Below are positions 10,720 through 20,326 of a DNA stretch of 64,000 nt, piece by piece. Source of the DNA: Candidatus Woesebacteria bacterium GW2011_GWC1_42_9 (lineage in GTDB: Bacteria; Patescibacteriota; Microgenomatia; UBA8517); NCBI GenBank assembly GCA_000995185.1, contig LCET01000002.1:220-64219 (forward strand). Direction: 5' to 3'. The notes under the pieces were generated by a model, which did no database searches, was not told the DNA's origin, and saw only the letters and a program-made list of their open reading frames with translations. The stretch's first letter is position 1; every line of letters starts with the position of its first letter. The position numbers and the translations under genes are program-made.

Positions 10720-11827
10720 TGTAGCTATTCTCCTTGTGGATCGCGGTAATTGGATCTGTTGGCGCAGTCTCGCTTCCCAAAGTTCTCCCCACTCTCACCA
10801 CTTGCTCAACCAATCTCGTGGCATACCCCCACTCATTGTCATACCAAGCGTACACTTTCACTAAATTCCCGGCGACAACTTGGGTAAGCCCTAAATCAAC
10901 GATAGCCGATTCACTCCTTCCCACGATATCAGAGGAAACCAAGGGCTCCTCAGTCACTCCCAATATCCCCTTGTATAAAGGATTATTACTGGCGTCTTTA
11001 AACGCCTGGTTAACTTCCACATAAGTAACATCTCTTTTGAGTAGGACTGCAAAATCAGTGATCGACCCAGTAAGAACCGGTACTCTCAACGCCCTGCCAT
11101 CAAACAATCCCTTGAGCTCAGGTATTGTCTGAGTGGTTGCTTCAGCCGCACCCGTAGTTGTAGGGATAATATTTGCGGCGGCGGCACGGGCTCGGCGAAG
11201 GTCTTTATGGGAGTTATCCTGCAAACGCTGGTCATCGGTGTACCCATGTATTGTCGTCATCGCGGCTTTTTCCACCCCAAATTTGGAGTGAAGTATCGCG
11301 ATAACCGGAGCAGTGCAATTTGTGGTGCATGAAGAATTTGACAACACTACTGCATCCCCTTCATATTCATTCACCCCAAGGATATACGTCCCCACATTAC
11401 CTCCCTTTGATGGCGCCGAAATTATCACCCGTTTCGCCCCGGCTTGAGCATGTTTTTTAGCGTCTTCTTCCTTTGTAAACCTCCCGGTTGACTCAACAAC
11501 AACATCCACCTCATATTTTTTCCAAGGGATTTTCTCAGGCTCCCCTTGCGCCAAAATCGGAATTTTAGTTTCCCCGATCACAAAGTGCCCGATCAATGGG
11601 TCTTGGTCAGTTACATCTTTTGGGTTATTGGCAGGGACAGCCTTTATATCTTCCTTTAAGATCCCATACATAGTGTCATAGCGAAGCAAGTGAAGCCACC
11701 CAGCCACATCCATCGACCCACTGGTGTTAATTGCCGCAATTTCAATCTCACTCGTGTGCCCAAGAAGCCAGACCCGAAACGCCAACCTCCCAATCCTCCC
11801 AAACCCATTAATGCCAACTTTCACCAT
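10712..11827 (-). CDS. gap: Glyceraldehyde-3-phosphate dehydrogenase
   Basis: INGFGRIGR, SSCTTNC, WYDNEWGY. Confidence 0.97.
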   Translation of the reverse strand: MVKVGINGFGRIGRLAFRVWLLGHTSEIEIAAINTSGSMDVAGWLHLLRYDTMYGILKEDIKAVPANNPKDVTDQDPLIGHFVIGETKIPILAQGEPEKIPWKKYEVDVVVESTGRFTKEEDAKKHAQAGAKRVIISAPSKGGNVGTYILGVNEYEGDAVVLSNSSCTTNCTAPVIAILHSKFGVEKAAMTTIHGYTDDQRLQDNSHKDLRRARAAAANIIPTTTGAAEATTQTIPELKGLFDGRALRVPVLTGSITDFAVLLKRDVTYVEVNQAFKDASNNPLYKGILGVTEEPLVSSDIVGRSESAIVDLGLTQVVAGNLVKVYAWYDNEWGYATRLVEQVVRVGRTLGSETAPTDPITAIHKENSYNG

Positions 11828-12795
11828 TAACTTAAGTCTATCAATGCTTCTATTGCCGGTAAAGTGCGCTTTGTGAGGTATTCCAGACTAGCGCCCCCGC
11901 CAACCGAGATCCAATCAAACTTAGCATTTAACCTTAACTTCGTGATTGCTTCTTCAGTGTCTCCTCCTCCAGCGATCTTTAGCGCCTTGGAATTTGCAAT
12001 ATTTTCAAAGACGCTTTTAGTTCCCATCATATGCCCTTCCTCTTCAAATTTGCCCATCGGTCCAGACACAAAAATGGTGCCAGCGGCCGATAATATTTTA
12101 ATAAACTTCTCGATCGAATTAATTGTAATATCTTCCTTATCCGGCATTAGTCTTGCAACCGCAATTTTCTTATCTTTATGATCTTCTCCTAAATATTCGG
12201 GGAGCCTCCCGCCAACTAAAACCTTATCAGCAATATTTTTAAGCCCCTCCAAATAATCTAATTTCCCCTTTTTCACTCCTCCGATTAGCATAATTACTGG
12301 TTTTTTGGGGCTGTCCAATATCTTGTCTAAATTTTCCACCTCTCTTAGAAAACGAAAACCAAAAACAGTTTTTAAATACTTCGGTACTCCGACTATCGAT
12401 GCATGCCGGCGATGGCTTGTCGCAAAAGCTTCATTTACAAAGACCTCTCCCAATTCTGCGAGCTCCCTAGAAAAGCCATCGTCATTTTCCTCTTCCCCTC
12501 TCCAAAAGCGAAGATTTTCGTAAACTACAAATTCATCTCCTTTGACCCTTTTTTCAAACCAGCTTTTAAGGTGATTCGTTGACAATTGCTCATCTTTTTT
12601 CCCACCGGGGCGGCCGATATGGCCAATCAAAGTAATTTTAGCGGCACCTTTTTGAAAAAGATTATTTATTGTCGGGAGAAGGATCAGAAGCCGAGTATCA
12701 TCGGTGATTTTACCGCCTTCGACAACGTCGATATCCCCCCGCAGTAAAACCCTTTTTCCTTTAAATGAAAAATCATTTATCGATGGTAGTTTCAT
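11827..12795 (-). CDS. pgk: Phosphoglycerate kinase (compact, 322 aa)
   Basis: HxGRP, ENLRF, NEAFATSHR, AGGGDT, SVGGGASLE. Confidence 0.93.
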   Translation of the reverse strand: MKLPSINDFSFKGKRVLLRGDIDVVEGGKITDDTRLLILLPTINNLFQKGAAKITLIGHIGRPGGKKDEQLSTNHLKSWFEKRVKGDEFVVYENLRFWRGEEENDDGFSRELAELGEVFVNEAFATSHRRHASIVGVPKYLKTVFGFRFLREVENLDKILDSPKKPVIMLIGGVKKGKLDYLEGLKNIADKVLVGGRLPEYLGEDHKDKKIAVARLMPDKEDITINSIEKFIKILSAAGTIFVSGPMGKFEEEGHMMGTKSVFENIANSKALKIAGGGDTEEAITKLRLNAKFDWISVGGGASLEYLTKRTLPAIEALIDLS

Positions 12796-12801
12796 AGGAA
12801 G

Positions 12802-13251
12802 CTAATTATTCTCCTCAATTTTCTCGATATCGGCTAGTCGCCTTTTGTGTCTCGCGGACTTGTCAAACTTTGTCGTTAAAAAAGCTTTGACCATTTTTTT
12901 TGCCGATTCACCATCGGTATAATCCGAAGCCAGGACCAAAATATTCATGTCATCATCCCTCCGGCCTGCTTTTACCTGGTCAACGCTTTTCCCAAAGGAG
13001 GCGCGGGCGCCATCAAATTTATTTGCCATAATGTCTACTCCCACACCAGACCCGCACATAAGAATCCCAAAAGAATTTTCATTCTCGGCAACCATCGAAG
13101 CCACTCTGGCCGCATATTTGGTGTAATCATCGCTTCGATCGTATTCTTCCGCCCCCAAATCCTCAAAATCATGCTTTAACTTAATAAGCCACTCAGCGAC
13201 TTTTTTTTTCAGTTTATAGCCTTTGTGGTCAGCCCCCAAATATATCTTCAT
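12802..13251 (-). CDS. rpiB: Ribose-5-phosphate isomerase B
   Basis: GADHKG, CGSGVG, ANK, RHKRR. Confidence 0.93.
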   Translation of the reverse strand: MKIYLGADHKGYKLKKKVAEWLIKLKHDFEDLGAEEYDRSDDYTKYAARVASMVAENENSFGILMCGSGVGVDIMANKFDGARASFGKSVDQVKAGRRDDDMNILVLASDYTDGESAKKMVKAFLTTKFDKSARHKRRLADIEKIEENN

Positions 13252-13269
13252 ATTTTCATTATATATCTT

Positions 13270-15168
13270 TTACCCTGCTCCCCCTCCACCGCCACCTCCG
13301 CCTCCTCCACCGCCGCCAGATGAGCCGCCGGATGACCCGACTCCACTTGCACCATATCCTGAGGACACGGACGAAGATAAAGATGAAATCGCGGAACTAA
13401 TAGATGAAAGAGATGAGATACTCCCAGTCGAGCTAGCTGAATAACCTCCCCAATAAGCCGAAATCACACGAGCATCCCCTTTGGAGAAATTAACAGGAAG
13501 CTCCGACAAAGCCTTTGCAGAAATCCCCAAAACAGTGCCATAGACTAAATACTTTTCCCACAAGATCACGGAATCAATCGGATATTTTTTAGTTATTCCA
13601 TATTCCTTGAGGTGTCTTTTGAAGGCCAACCAGTTGGCCGCCTCGTTTCTCCCTTTTTCTGTGAGCTTTTCACCGTAAACTGACATAGAAACTGCCCCCA
13701 TTACAAAGAGGATGCCTGGGAAAACCCCAAAAAGGATTACTACAACTCCCCAAAGACTGCCGACGAGGAAAATATTCACCAAAAAAATAAGCGGGATTTG
13801 AATAATAATTGGAAAAATCAGGTATTTAAAATATGTCCCGTTTTTAACCAATTCGTGCGAATAGGTCTCAAAATATCCCTCCTCTAAATTTTCTTTGAAT
13901 ACTAATTTCCCGAGACTCTGGAAAAAATTATGGCTCACCATCCTATTGGCTTTGCTATAGCTAATTATCTCGGCAAAGGAAACAGTATCCCCACCAATCC
14001 CAACTTGTTCAAAAATAAAATCATACACCTGGCGGTCAATTTCACTATTACCCTCATCCAAGCTTTTAATCCGCTCAAGAGAATATTGGTATTTTTTAAT
14101 TATTAATCCTTCTTTTTTATCACTTCTTATGATTTTTATGTTTTTCTTCTGCACCAGGAAAAGAACACTGGCAGTGAAAGCCTTGGGGGTAAGGCTTTTG
14201 GCTCCCCTCCCGACTAGCTGTTCTATCTGGGCAGGGTCAATATCGCTTGGCGGGTCCCAAAGCCTCCCGGCGATATTGACGGCGGACAAGGCCTTATCTT
14301 TTCCAAATCTAAAAAACAAGACCAGGGATTTAATGAAGGCTTTCATTTGGAACGCAAAAACGCCGAAAAACAAAATCAAGAAAACCCCACCCAATAGTCT
14401 GTTTCGAGTCTTTTTATTCTCAGTCTGCCTAATAAATTCATTCTCCGCTTTAATAATTTCTTCTTTGCTTAAGTTCCCCTGAGCTCCTCCGAAAAATTTG
14501 TCTCTGGGCAAAATGATTCTGGCCTCAAAAAATTCTCCCGATTTAATTCCGGAAAGCTGATAAACCACGGTTTTATTGTCAGGAATTGCGACAGTGCCGC
14601 TTAATGGCCCATGTGCCCAGGCCGCTACGTCATTATCAGCTAACCCCTCAGGCAAGGTTATTTCTGCCGAAATATTGCTCTGTGAAACTTCCCAATCATG
14701 CCCTACAATCTTCCAATAAAATTCGGCAGTATCTTTATGAAGCGTAATCGCATTGTCAACGGTGTAGATAAGCCTAAATGTTTTGGCGGTGTCCATTGCC
14801 AGGTAAAACCACTTAATATAGTAGCTATCGTCTGATTCAGTGACAAAGTAGCTCCCTGCCAAGCTTTCCCCAACATTTGGGGAAACTTCCCGATAACAAA
14901 CACTCTCATCACAAATTTTAAGGTTACTTATTTTGTAGGGGGTGCTTCTGCCCGAGGCGTCACTTTTCTCACCAAGTTTATTAATATATTGATAAGCAAA
15001 GGTAAAATTCCCATTAAAATCATATTGCCTTTCCTCGGTAACCTCGATTGAACCATCTGGAGATATTTCTATGTCAACATTAACGGAGGGTATCGTATAG
15101 CTTTTTTCCTCTGCCGACACGGACGTAGGGAGGAAAAGTAAAGCAAACAGGATTAGAAATTTTTTCAT
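13270..15168 (-). CDS. DUF2207-type membrane protein with Gly/Ser-rich tail
   Basis: Signal peptide, DGSIEVTE, WAHGP, WEKYLVYG, poly-Gly C-terminus. Confidence 0.85.
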   Translation of the reverse strand: MKKFLILFALLFLPTSVSAEEKSYTIPSVNVDIEISPDGSIEVTEERQYDFNGNFTFAYQYINKLGEKSDASGRSTPYKISNLKICDESVCYREVSPNVGESLAGSYFVTESDDSYYIKWFYLAMDTAKTFRLIYTVDNAITLHKDTAEFYWKIVGHDWEVSQSNISAEITLPEGLADNDVAAWAHGPLSGTVAIPDNKTVVYQLSGIKSGEFFEARIILPRDKFFGGAQGNLSKEEIIKAENEFIRQTENKKTRNRLLGGVFLILFFGVFAFQMKAFIKSLVLFFRFGKDKALSAVNIAGRLWDPPSDIDPAQIEQLVGRGAKSLTPKAFTASVLFLVQKKNIKIIRSDKKEGLIIKKYQYSLERIKSLDEGNSEIDRQVYDFIFEQVGIGGDTVSFAEIISYSKANRMVSHNFFQSLGKLVFKENLEEGYFETYSHELVKNGTYFKYLIFPIIIQIPLIFLVNIFLVGSLWGVVVILFGVFPGILFVMGAVSMSVYGEKLTEKGRNEAANWLAFKRHLKEYGITKKYPIDSVILWEKYLVYGTVLGISAKALSELPVNFSKGDARVISAYWGGYSASSTGSISSLSSISSAISSLSSSVSSGYGASGVGSSGGSSGGGGGGGGGGGGGAG

Positions 15169-15824
15169 TCAAACCCTTCAATTAATTCTAAAAGTTTTTC
15201 CTTTGGTTCATTTGATTTCACTATTGCTGATGATACCGCTATCCCCAATGCTCCGTATTCCAAGCTTTTTTCCACATCAGCTACAGATTTTATCCCCGCC
15301 CCAACGATCAGGGGGATATTTACCTGGTTAGTAAAATTAAAAGCGTCTTTTATCACCTCCGGCTTGGCCGTGGCCACTGACTCCTCTTCGCTCCCCACAA
15401 GCTCAGGCGGCTCGTAAGAAATAAAATTAGGCTTAAGGGGCAATAGCTTCTGGAGCTCATCCAAGTCCTCTGCAAAAATTAGGGTCTTAAGTCCCACTTC
15501 GTGGCACCTTGCATTAGCCTTTATTAAGGCCGAAAAATCCTCAAATTTATGCTCACTATGATTTAAAAAAACACCCTTTACTCCCACGCGGGTGGCCTCC
15601 TCCGGTAAGACCCACCCCGTATGCGCCCCATAACTAATTGGGTCAACGTGCTGAATCCAAACATCCAAAATCGTCGAGTCAATGATCGTCTCTGCGTCAA
15701 TTACCTGAACAACAGGAACGATTTTTACATTACTATCGACAGCCACCTCCTGCAATATTTTAGACAAGTCCACCGCCCTTCTTCCACTTCCCTGTTCATA
15801 GGTTTTAAAATTTACAAAAATCAT
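15165..15824 (-). CDS. tpiA: Triosephosphate isomerase, archaeal type
   Basis: NFKTY, NHSE, YEPPELVG, GAGI; 219 aa. Confidence 0.92.
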   Translation of the reverse strand: MIFVNFKTYEQGSGRRAVDLSKILQEVAVDSNVKIVPVVQVIDAETIIDSTILDVWIQHVDPISYGAHTGWVLPEEATRVGVKGVFLNHSEHKFEDFSALIKANARCHEVGLKTLIFAEDLDELQKLLPLKPNFISYEPPELVGSEEESVATAKPEVIKDAFNFTNQVNIPLIVGAGIKSVADVEKSLEYGALGIAVSSAIVKSNEPKEKLLELIEGFE

Positions 15825-15827
15825 ATT

Positions 15828-16562
15828 TTATGCAAATAGGAAGCTTAATATTCCAAGCCAAACAGGCTGATCAACATGAAGCACCTCGCCTGTGGAAGCC
15901 GACACCGTGGTAACTACTGCAACCGGTAGATCAATTAAATTAAATAAGTCAATAACCTTGTGCCCAGGGATCAAATATCCAATTTCCCCTTTCTCCCCTT
16001 CAGACAAGACAATTTGTTTCTCAGGATCCATGCGATCAATTATTTTGGCACGAAGTAAATTCAAAAGCGCGTCATATGGCAATATCGCAACATAGCGTAA
16101 CCCAGAAGGTGCCTCCACTGAAAGTTTCCTGCTCCCAGCATCAATGTTTATGGCGTAGTCAGTTTTTGCTAGTATCCCCCTCTGGCTAATGCCAAATCCT
16201 CCATCAAGATTAATTATTACAACCTTTTTGGGCTGGTCTTTCTCCTCAATCTCAACTAGATCTTGGGAAAAATCGGTAACATCCTGGTCCACCTGCCCAC
16301 TTCCCGAGACGACACTTAGCTGAACTCTATCGTCGATCCGCTTAAGATACACTTCGGCGTTAGGATCAGGAGTGGGATTACTGGCCAGGTTTTTGAATTC
16401 CAGCGACTCTCTATCGGGAATATCAAATCTCAGCTCGTCTTCGTACGAAAGTACATTCCAAACTGCCCCTTCAGTGTCACTGACCGTCAAAAGTGCCGCA
16501 TCCACTTTCTCAGGAACAGCCAGAATCACAAGGAGCATACCCAAAACAACAATTTTCCTCAT
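15828..16562 (-). CDS. Secreted hypothetical protein
   Basis: Signal peptide; C-terminal VSASTGEV...PVW; operonic spacing. Confidence 0.75.
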   Translation of the reverse strand: MRKIVVLGMLLVILAVPEKVDAALLTVSDTEGAVWNVLSYEDELRFDIPDRESLEFKNLASNPTPDPNAEVYLKRIDDRVQLSVVSGSGQVDQDVTDFSQDLVEIEEKDQPKKVVIINLDGGFGISQRGILAKTDYAINIDAGSRKLSVEAPSGLRYVAILPYDALLNLLRAKIIDRMDPEKQIVLSEGEKGEIGYLIPGHKVIDLFNLIDLPVAVVTTVSASTGEVLHVDQPVWLGILSFLFA

Positions 16563-16638
16563 ACAGATAATACTAACTAAACTTCTACCAAATCTCCACC
16601 GTAATTCACCGCAGATTCACCGCGTTATTTCCGCACAC

Positions 16639-16830
16639 CTATGAATTCTGACGGGAATATACGCCAAATAATGCCAATACTACAGCAACCAAAAGCCACT
16701 GCGTTGAGGCTAACCAAATATCACTCCCTAAATATCCAATAGCTGACAAAAGAACACTAATCACTGCCCCTCCAACTAACATTTGTGATAATTGAGCCCA
16801 GTCTTTCTTTTTTAATTTCAACTTTCTCAC
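16639..16830 (-). CDS. Small two-TM membrane protein
   Basis: AAGGGAGGTG SD overlapping GTG start; two hydrophobic segments. Confidence 0.65.
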   Translation of the reverse strand: MRKLKLKKKDWAQLSQMLVGGAVISVLLSAIGYLGSDIWLASTQWLLVAVVLALFGVYSRQNS

Positions 16831-16891
16831 CTCCCTTTAATTCATAATAGCACTATTCAGAGAGGTATTTACAGATAATGTAAAGTAGGTT

Positions 16892-17554
16892 ATGGCGGTG
16901 AAGATTGAGAAAAACTGGAAAGAAGCGCTAAATGGCGAGTTTGAAAAACCATATTTTAGAACCCTCGCCAAATTTGTAAAAGAAGAATATAGCTTTGGGA
17001 CAGTTTACCCTTCTCCAAAATTAGTATTTAATGCTTTTGATTCCTGCCCCTTTGATAAAGTGAAGGTGGTGATCCTTGGCCAAGACCCATACCACGGCCA
17101 AAACCAAGCTCACGGTCTGGCATTTTCTGTGCGAGACAGTGTGGAAATCCCCCCATCGCTAATTAATATTTATAAAGAAATTGAGGATGATCTTGGCATC
17201 AAACCTCCAAAGTCAGGGAATTTAACTCGCTGGACCAAGCAAGGAGTGCTTCTTTTAAATGCCACTCTGACGGTGCGGGCAAACCTGGCAGGATCGCACC
17301 AAAAAAAAGGCTGGGAAGAATTTACCGATGCGGCAATTACAGCGCTTTCAGAGAAGAAAAAAAATTTGGTTTTTATGCTCTGGGGGTCCTATGCACAAAA
17401 TAAAGGAGAAGTAATAAACAAATCTCGGCATTTAGTTCTTGAGGCTCCACACCCATCCCCACTGTCTGCAAGCCGCGGCTTTTTTGGCTGTCGGCATTTC
17501 TCGGCCTGCAATCTTTACCTTATTATGCACGGCAAAGAACCAATTGAATGGTAG
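16892..17554 (+). CDS. ung: Uracil-DNA glycosylase (family 1)
   Basis: GQDPYH, GVLLLN, HPSPLS. Confidence 0.97.
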   Translation: MAVKIEKNWKEALNGEFEKPYFRTLAKFVKEEYSFGTVYPSPKLVFNAFDSCPFDKVKVVILGQDPYHGQNQAHGLAFSVRDSVEIPPSLINIYKEIEDDLGIKPPKSGNLTRWTKQGVLLLNATLTVRANLAGSHQKKGWEEFTDAAITALSEKKKNLVFMLWGSYAQNKGEVINKSRHLVLEAPHPSPLSASRGFFGCRHFSACNLYLIMHGKEPIEW

Positions 17555-17712
17555 AAATCTTATTTCCTCCTCACGGCACCACCTCCCGCCAGATGATCTT
17601 GTTTGAAAGATATATTGCATCGGTTTGATATAATAGCTTCCAGAGGGTTAATAAAGCAGAACTTTTAAATTTCGTTCAGAAGAAGTCGACCACAGATTCT
17701 AGGAGGCATGAC

Positions 17713-17922
17713 GTGTCAGAACCGAAAAATCGAGATGTAGTGGACAATAGTAAACGGGATACGCCCGTAAGAGGGTCGATATATGATCCGGATACTGGGA
17801 AACGTGTTCAATGGTATGATGATGGGTATCGTCATACCACAAGTCCAGATCACTGGACAGATCAGAACGCGCCAAAAGGTGATCCGGGACGACACGACCC
17901 ACCTGCGGATCGTCAGGAATAG
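17713..17922 (+). CDS. Small hydrophilic hypothetical protein
   Basis: TAGGAGG SD upstream of GTG; followed by a hairpin. Confidence 0.6.
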   Translation: MSEPKNRDVVDNSKRDTPVRGSIYDPDTGKRVQWYDDGYRHTTSPDHWTDQNAPKGDPGRHDPPADRQE

Positions 17923-17931
17923 ATCAAACAA

Positions 17932-17964
17932 CAAAGAGGGGCCCTCTCTGCTTTCCCCTCTTTG
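17932..17964. terminator. Hairpin, probable terminator
   Basis: CAAAGAGGGG (17932-41) / CCCCTCTTTG (17955-64), perfect 10 bp inverted repeat. Confidence 0.55.
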
Positions 17965-18083
17965 ATATTTAGGGCTGGTAGTTTAATAGACAGCCTGGCA
18001 ACGCTAGCTAACCAGGATAGGAAAATACCCTTCCAAAGGGAGAGATGGGTGCATGTCCCATTCAGCCCATATAGTTTTGCTTC

Positions 18084-19682
18084 TCACGGCACCACCTCCC
18101 TCCACACAATCTTGTTTGGTGAGAGGGAACGGGGGAAATGAAGATAATTGGCAGGATTCATCGTGAATGTTTCCGCAGGATTTGCATTCCCTCCTCCCAG
18201 ATCCCGTGAGAGGGTTACCCCAGAGAGGGTAACCACTGATCCAGTGACAGCGAGTGGTTGGGCTCCACTCCCTGTGGTGAAGGATCCATCTGCGAAGAAA
18301 ATACCTTGGAGGGTGGTGACTGTGGGAGAGAGGATGATGTCCCCGCTCACTACAATCAAAAGAAAATCGTTGGCTGCACTGGCCAGAGTGACATTCCCAG
18401 TGATGGTGAGATTGCCATTTACAAAAAGGATCGCTGATCCATTGATGTTGGTATTAGTGAGGGTGAGATCTCCTGGAGAGGTGAACCACTTGTAACCATC
18501 AGGAGAGATGGACCCTCCCGAGAATGAGCCTGTCCCCATTGTCCCGCTAGCCGCATTGATGGCTGCATCAGAGGGGATCTTTCCCTCAAAGACTTCATAT
18601 GATATCTCTTGGTTGGAGAGAGGACTGTCCACTTTCCAGACTGTATCCCCTCCCCCAAGCCCAAGGTTCCCTGAATACAGGGCAATGGCGGTGGAGGAAT
18701 CAGTATTTCCCGCCACTAACTGTTCTCCTGCGGGCATTTCAGTACTGTAAATATTCCCTCCGCTGATGACTGCTCCTCCCACTGCCTGCCACCAAGGCCC
18801 TGGTGCAGTCACGGTGACATCGCTTCTGGTTAACGCGGTGGTGGAACAGGTACCAGCTCCTCCTGTCCCATTGACGCGGGCGGTGGCGGTCACTCTGGCA
18901 GTTCCGGGAGCGAGGCCAGTGACATTGGTGGTGTATGAAGGCAGGGTGCTGTCCCGGGCGGGATTAGTGGAAATGCTTCCTGTAAGTCCCCCAGTTGGGG
19001 CATTAACGGGAGTGAAATCAACCCACTGGACAGTCCCATTGGCCACCCCCTGTACGGTGGCGGCGACCACTCCCACTGGTCCACCCACCGAGACAGTAAC
19101 ATCATTCAAGGTGACACCGGTACAGCTTGGGGCGCATCCAGGGCAGGATACATCATACCCGCTGCAGACAGAGGAACAATACAAGCTTCCTCCAAACACA
19201 GACCGATTGACCCCCACCTGCCTCTGGCAGGCCCCACAGCCAAATCCTCCCTGACTGCCGCACTGGTTGTTCCCTGCCCAACCCACAGTCCCCTGGGAGC
19301 AGACATCGGGGCGTGGGGTGGGACCTGGGGTGGGGGTTGAACCTGGGGTAGGGGTGGGGGCAACAGCACAAAAGGTGCCAATTGGTGCTCCTGAGCCGAG
19401 GTTGCATCCCTGCTGATTAGGCCACACCGAACACCCATTGTTTACCCACGCAGTCCACCCGCAATTACCTCCCCCAACGGGCACACAAGCTTGTGTCAGC
19501 GAAGAGATACCGAGACTGCGACACCAACAATAATTCCCTAGGACGGGGTCAAATGCACAAGGGCAATCGAAACGTTCATAAGAAACTGACGCGTTTCCAG
19601 TACACACTTGTGCTTGAGTTTTATCAACACGGAGTAAGAAGAAAATAAGAATAAAAAAAATTATTAGTAATAATTTTTTCAT
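18084..19682 (-). CDS. Secreted Cys-rich, Gly/Thr-rich surface protein
   Basis: Signal peptide, many Cys in the N-terminal third, PTPTPG linker, Ig-like segment, PWWQ...WREV C-terminal domain. Confidence 0.8.
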   Translation of the reverse strand: MKKLLLIIFFILIFFLLRVDKTQAQVCTGNASVSYERFDCPCAFDPVLGNYCWCRSLGISSLTQACVPVGGGNCGWTAWVNNGCSVWPNQQGCNLGSGAPIGTFCAVAPTPTPGSTPTPGPTPRPDVCSQGTVGWAGNNQCGSQGGFGCGACQRQVGVNRSVFGGSLYCSSVCSGYDVSCPGCAPSCTGVTLNDVTVSVGGPVGVVAATVQGVANGTVQWVDFTPVNAPTGGLTGSISTNPARDSTLPSYTTNVTGLAPGTARVTATARVNGTGGAGTCSTTALTRSDVTVTAPGPWWQAVGGAVISGGNIYSTEMPAGEQLVAGNTDSSTAIALYSGNLGLGGGDTVWKVDSPLSNQEISYEVFEGKIPSDAAINAASGTMGTGSFSGGSISPDGYKWFTSPGDLTLTNTNINGSAILFVNGNLTITGNVTLASAANDFLLIVVSGDIILSPTVTTLQGIFFADGSFTTGSGAQPLAVTGSVVTLSGVTLSRDLGGGNANPAETFTMNPANYLHFPRSLSPNKIVWREVVP

Positions 19683-20326
19683 ATAAAAATACCGATTATG
19701 ATTTTTGAAATGGGATTAACAGACACTTCTAGTCTTGTCCCTTTTTCCCTGTTAAACCTATTTTTCAGCCAATTTAGGTTTTGATCACTGTTATTTAATT
19801 GGATTAAAACCTGTTGACCTGGTTTTATAAGGCTAGCAATTTCTTCGAGATCGATGAGACCCCAAGACTGTATTTTTTCAAATTTTCCACTCGGAAGTTT
19901 TAAGACGCTGATTTTGTTTGTAGGTTCGGTAATATATTTAATCTTTAACAAGTGTAGGTCTTTATTGTTTGTTGAAGGAACAGAAACAACGAGTGTTTTT
20001 TCTTTTATAATCAGATTCTCTTGTATCGTTGCAGAGATTACCAAATCTTTTCCCTCCTCGCTAACTCCGAGTGGGTAACTCGAACCAAATGGATCCAACA
20101 AGGTATAGTCGGGGTTTTGGATGATAAAGTTGTAGTTTAATTTGAATTGGTACAAACTAAAGTTTAGAATTAATAGGCTTATAGACGCCACAACAATAAC
20201 AAAAAGCACAACCCATTTTTTCATTGGTACTCCCCCACACTTTAAGGGTAAACGCACATCGAGAAACAAACAAGAGATAAAATAGAAATGGAGGCTAGTA
20301 AGATTCTCCGAGATGTCTTGTGACAA
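19679..20326 (-). CDS. Single-TM hypothetical protein (start probably MKKWVV)
   Basis: ORF abutting both neighbours; N-terminal TM. Confidence 0.65.
   Translation of the reverse strand: MSQDISENLTSLHFYFISCLFLDVRLPLKCGGVPMKKWVVLFVIVVASISLLILNFSLYQFKLNYNFIIQNPDYTLLDPFGSSYPLGVSEEGKDLVISATIQENLIIKEKTLVVSVPSTNNKDLHLLKIKYITEPTNKISVLKLPSGKFEKIQSWGLIDLEEIASLIKPGQQVLIQLNNSDQNLNWLKNRFNREKGTRLEVSVNPISKIIIGIFI

Noticed and set aside
13223-13444. Poly-Pro ORF on the plus strand
   Set aside because: Antisense shadow of the poly-Gly tail of the DUF2207 gene
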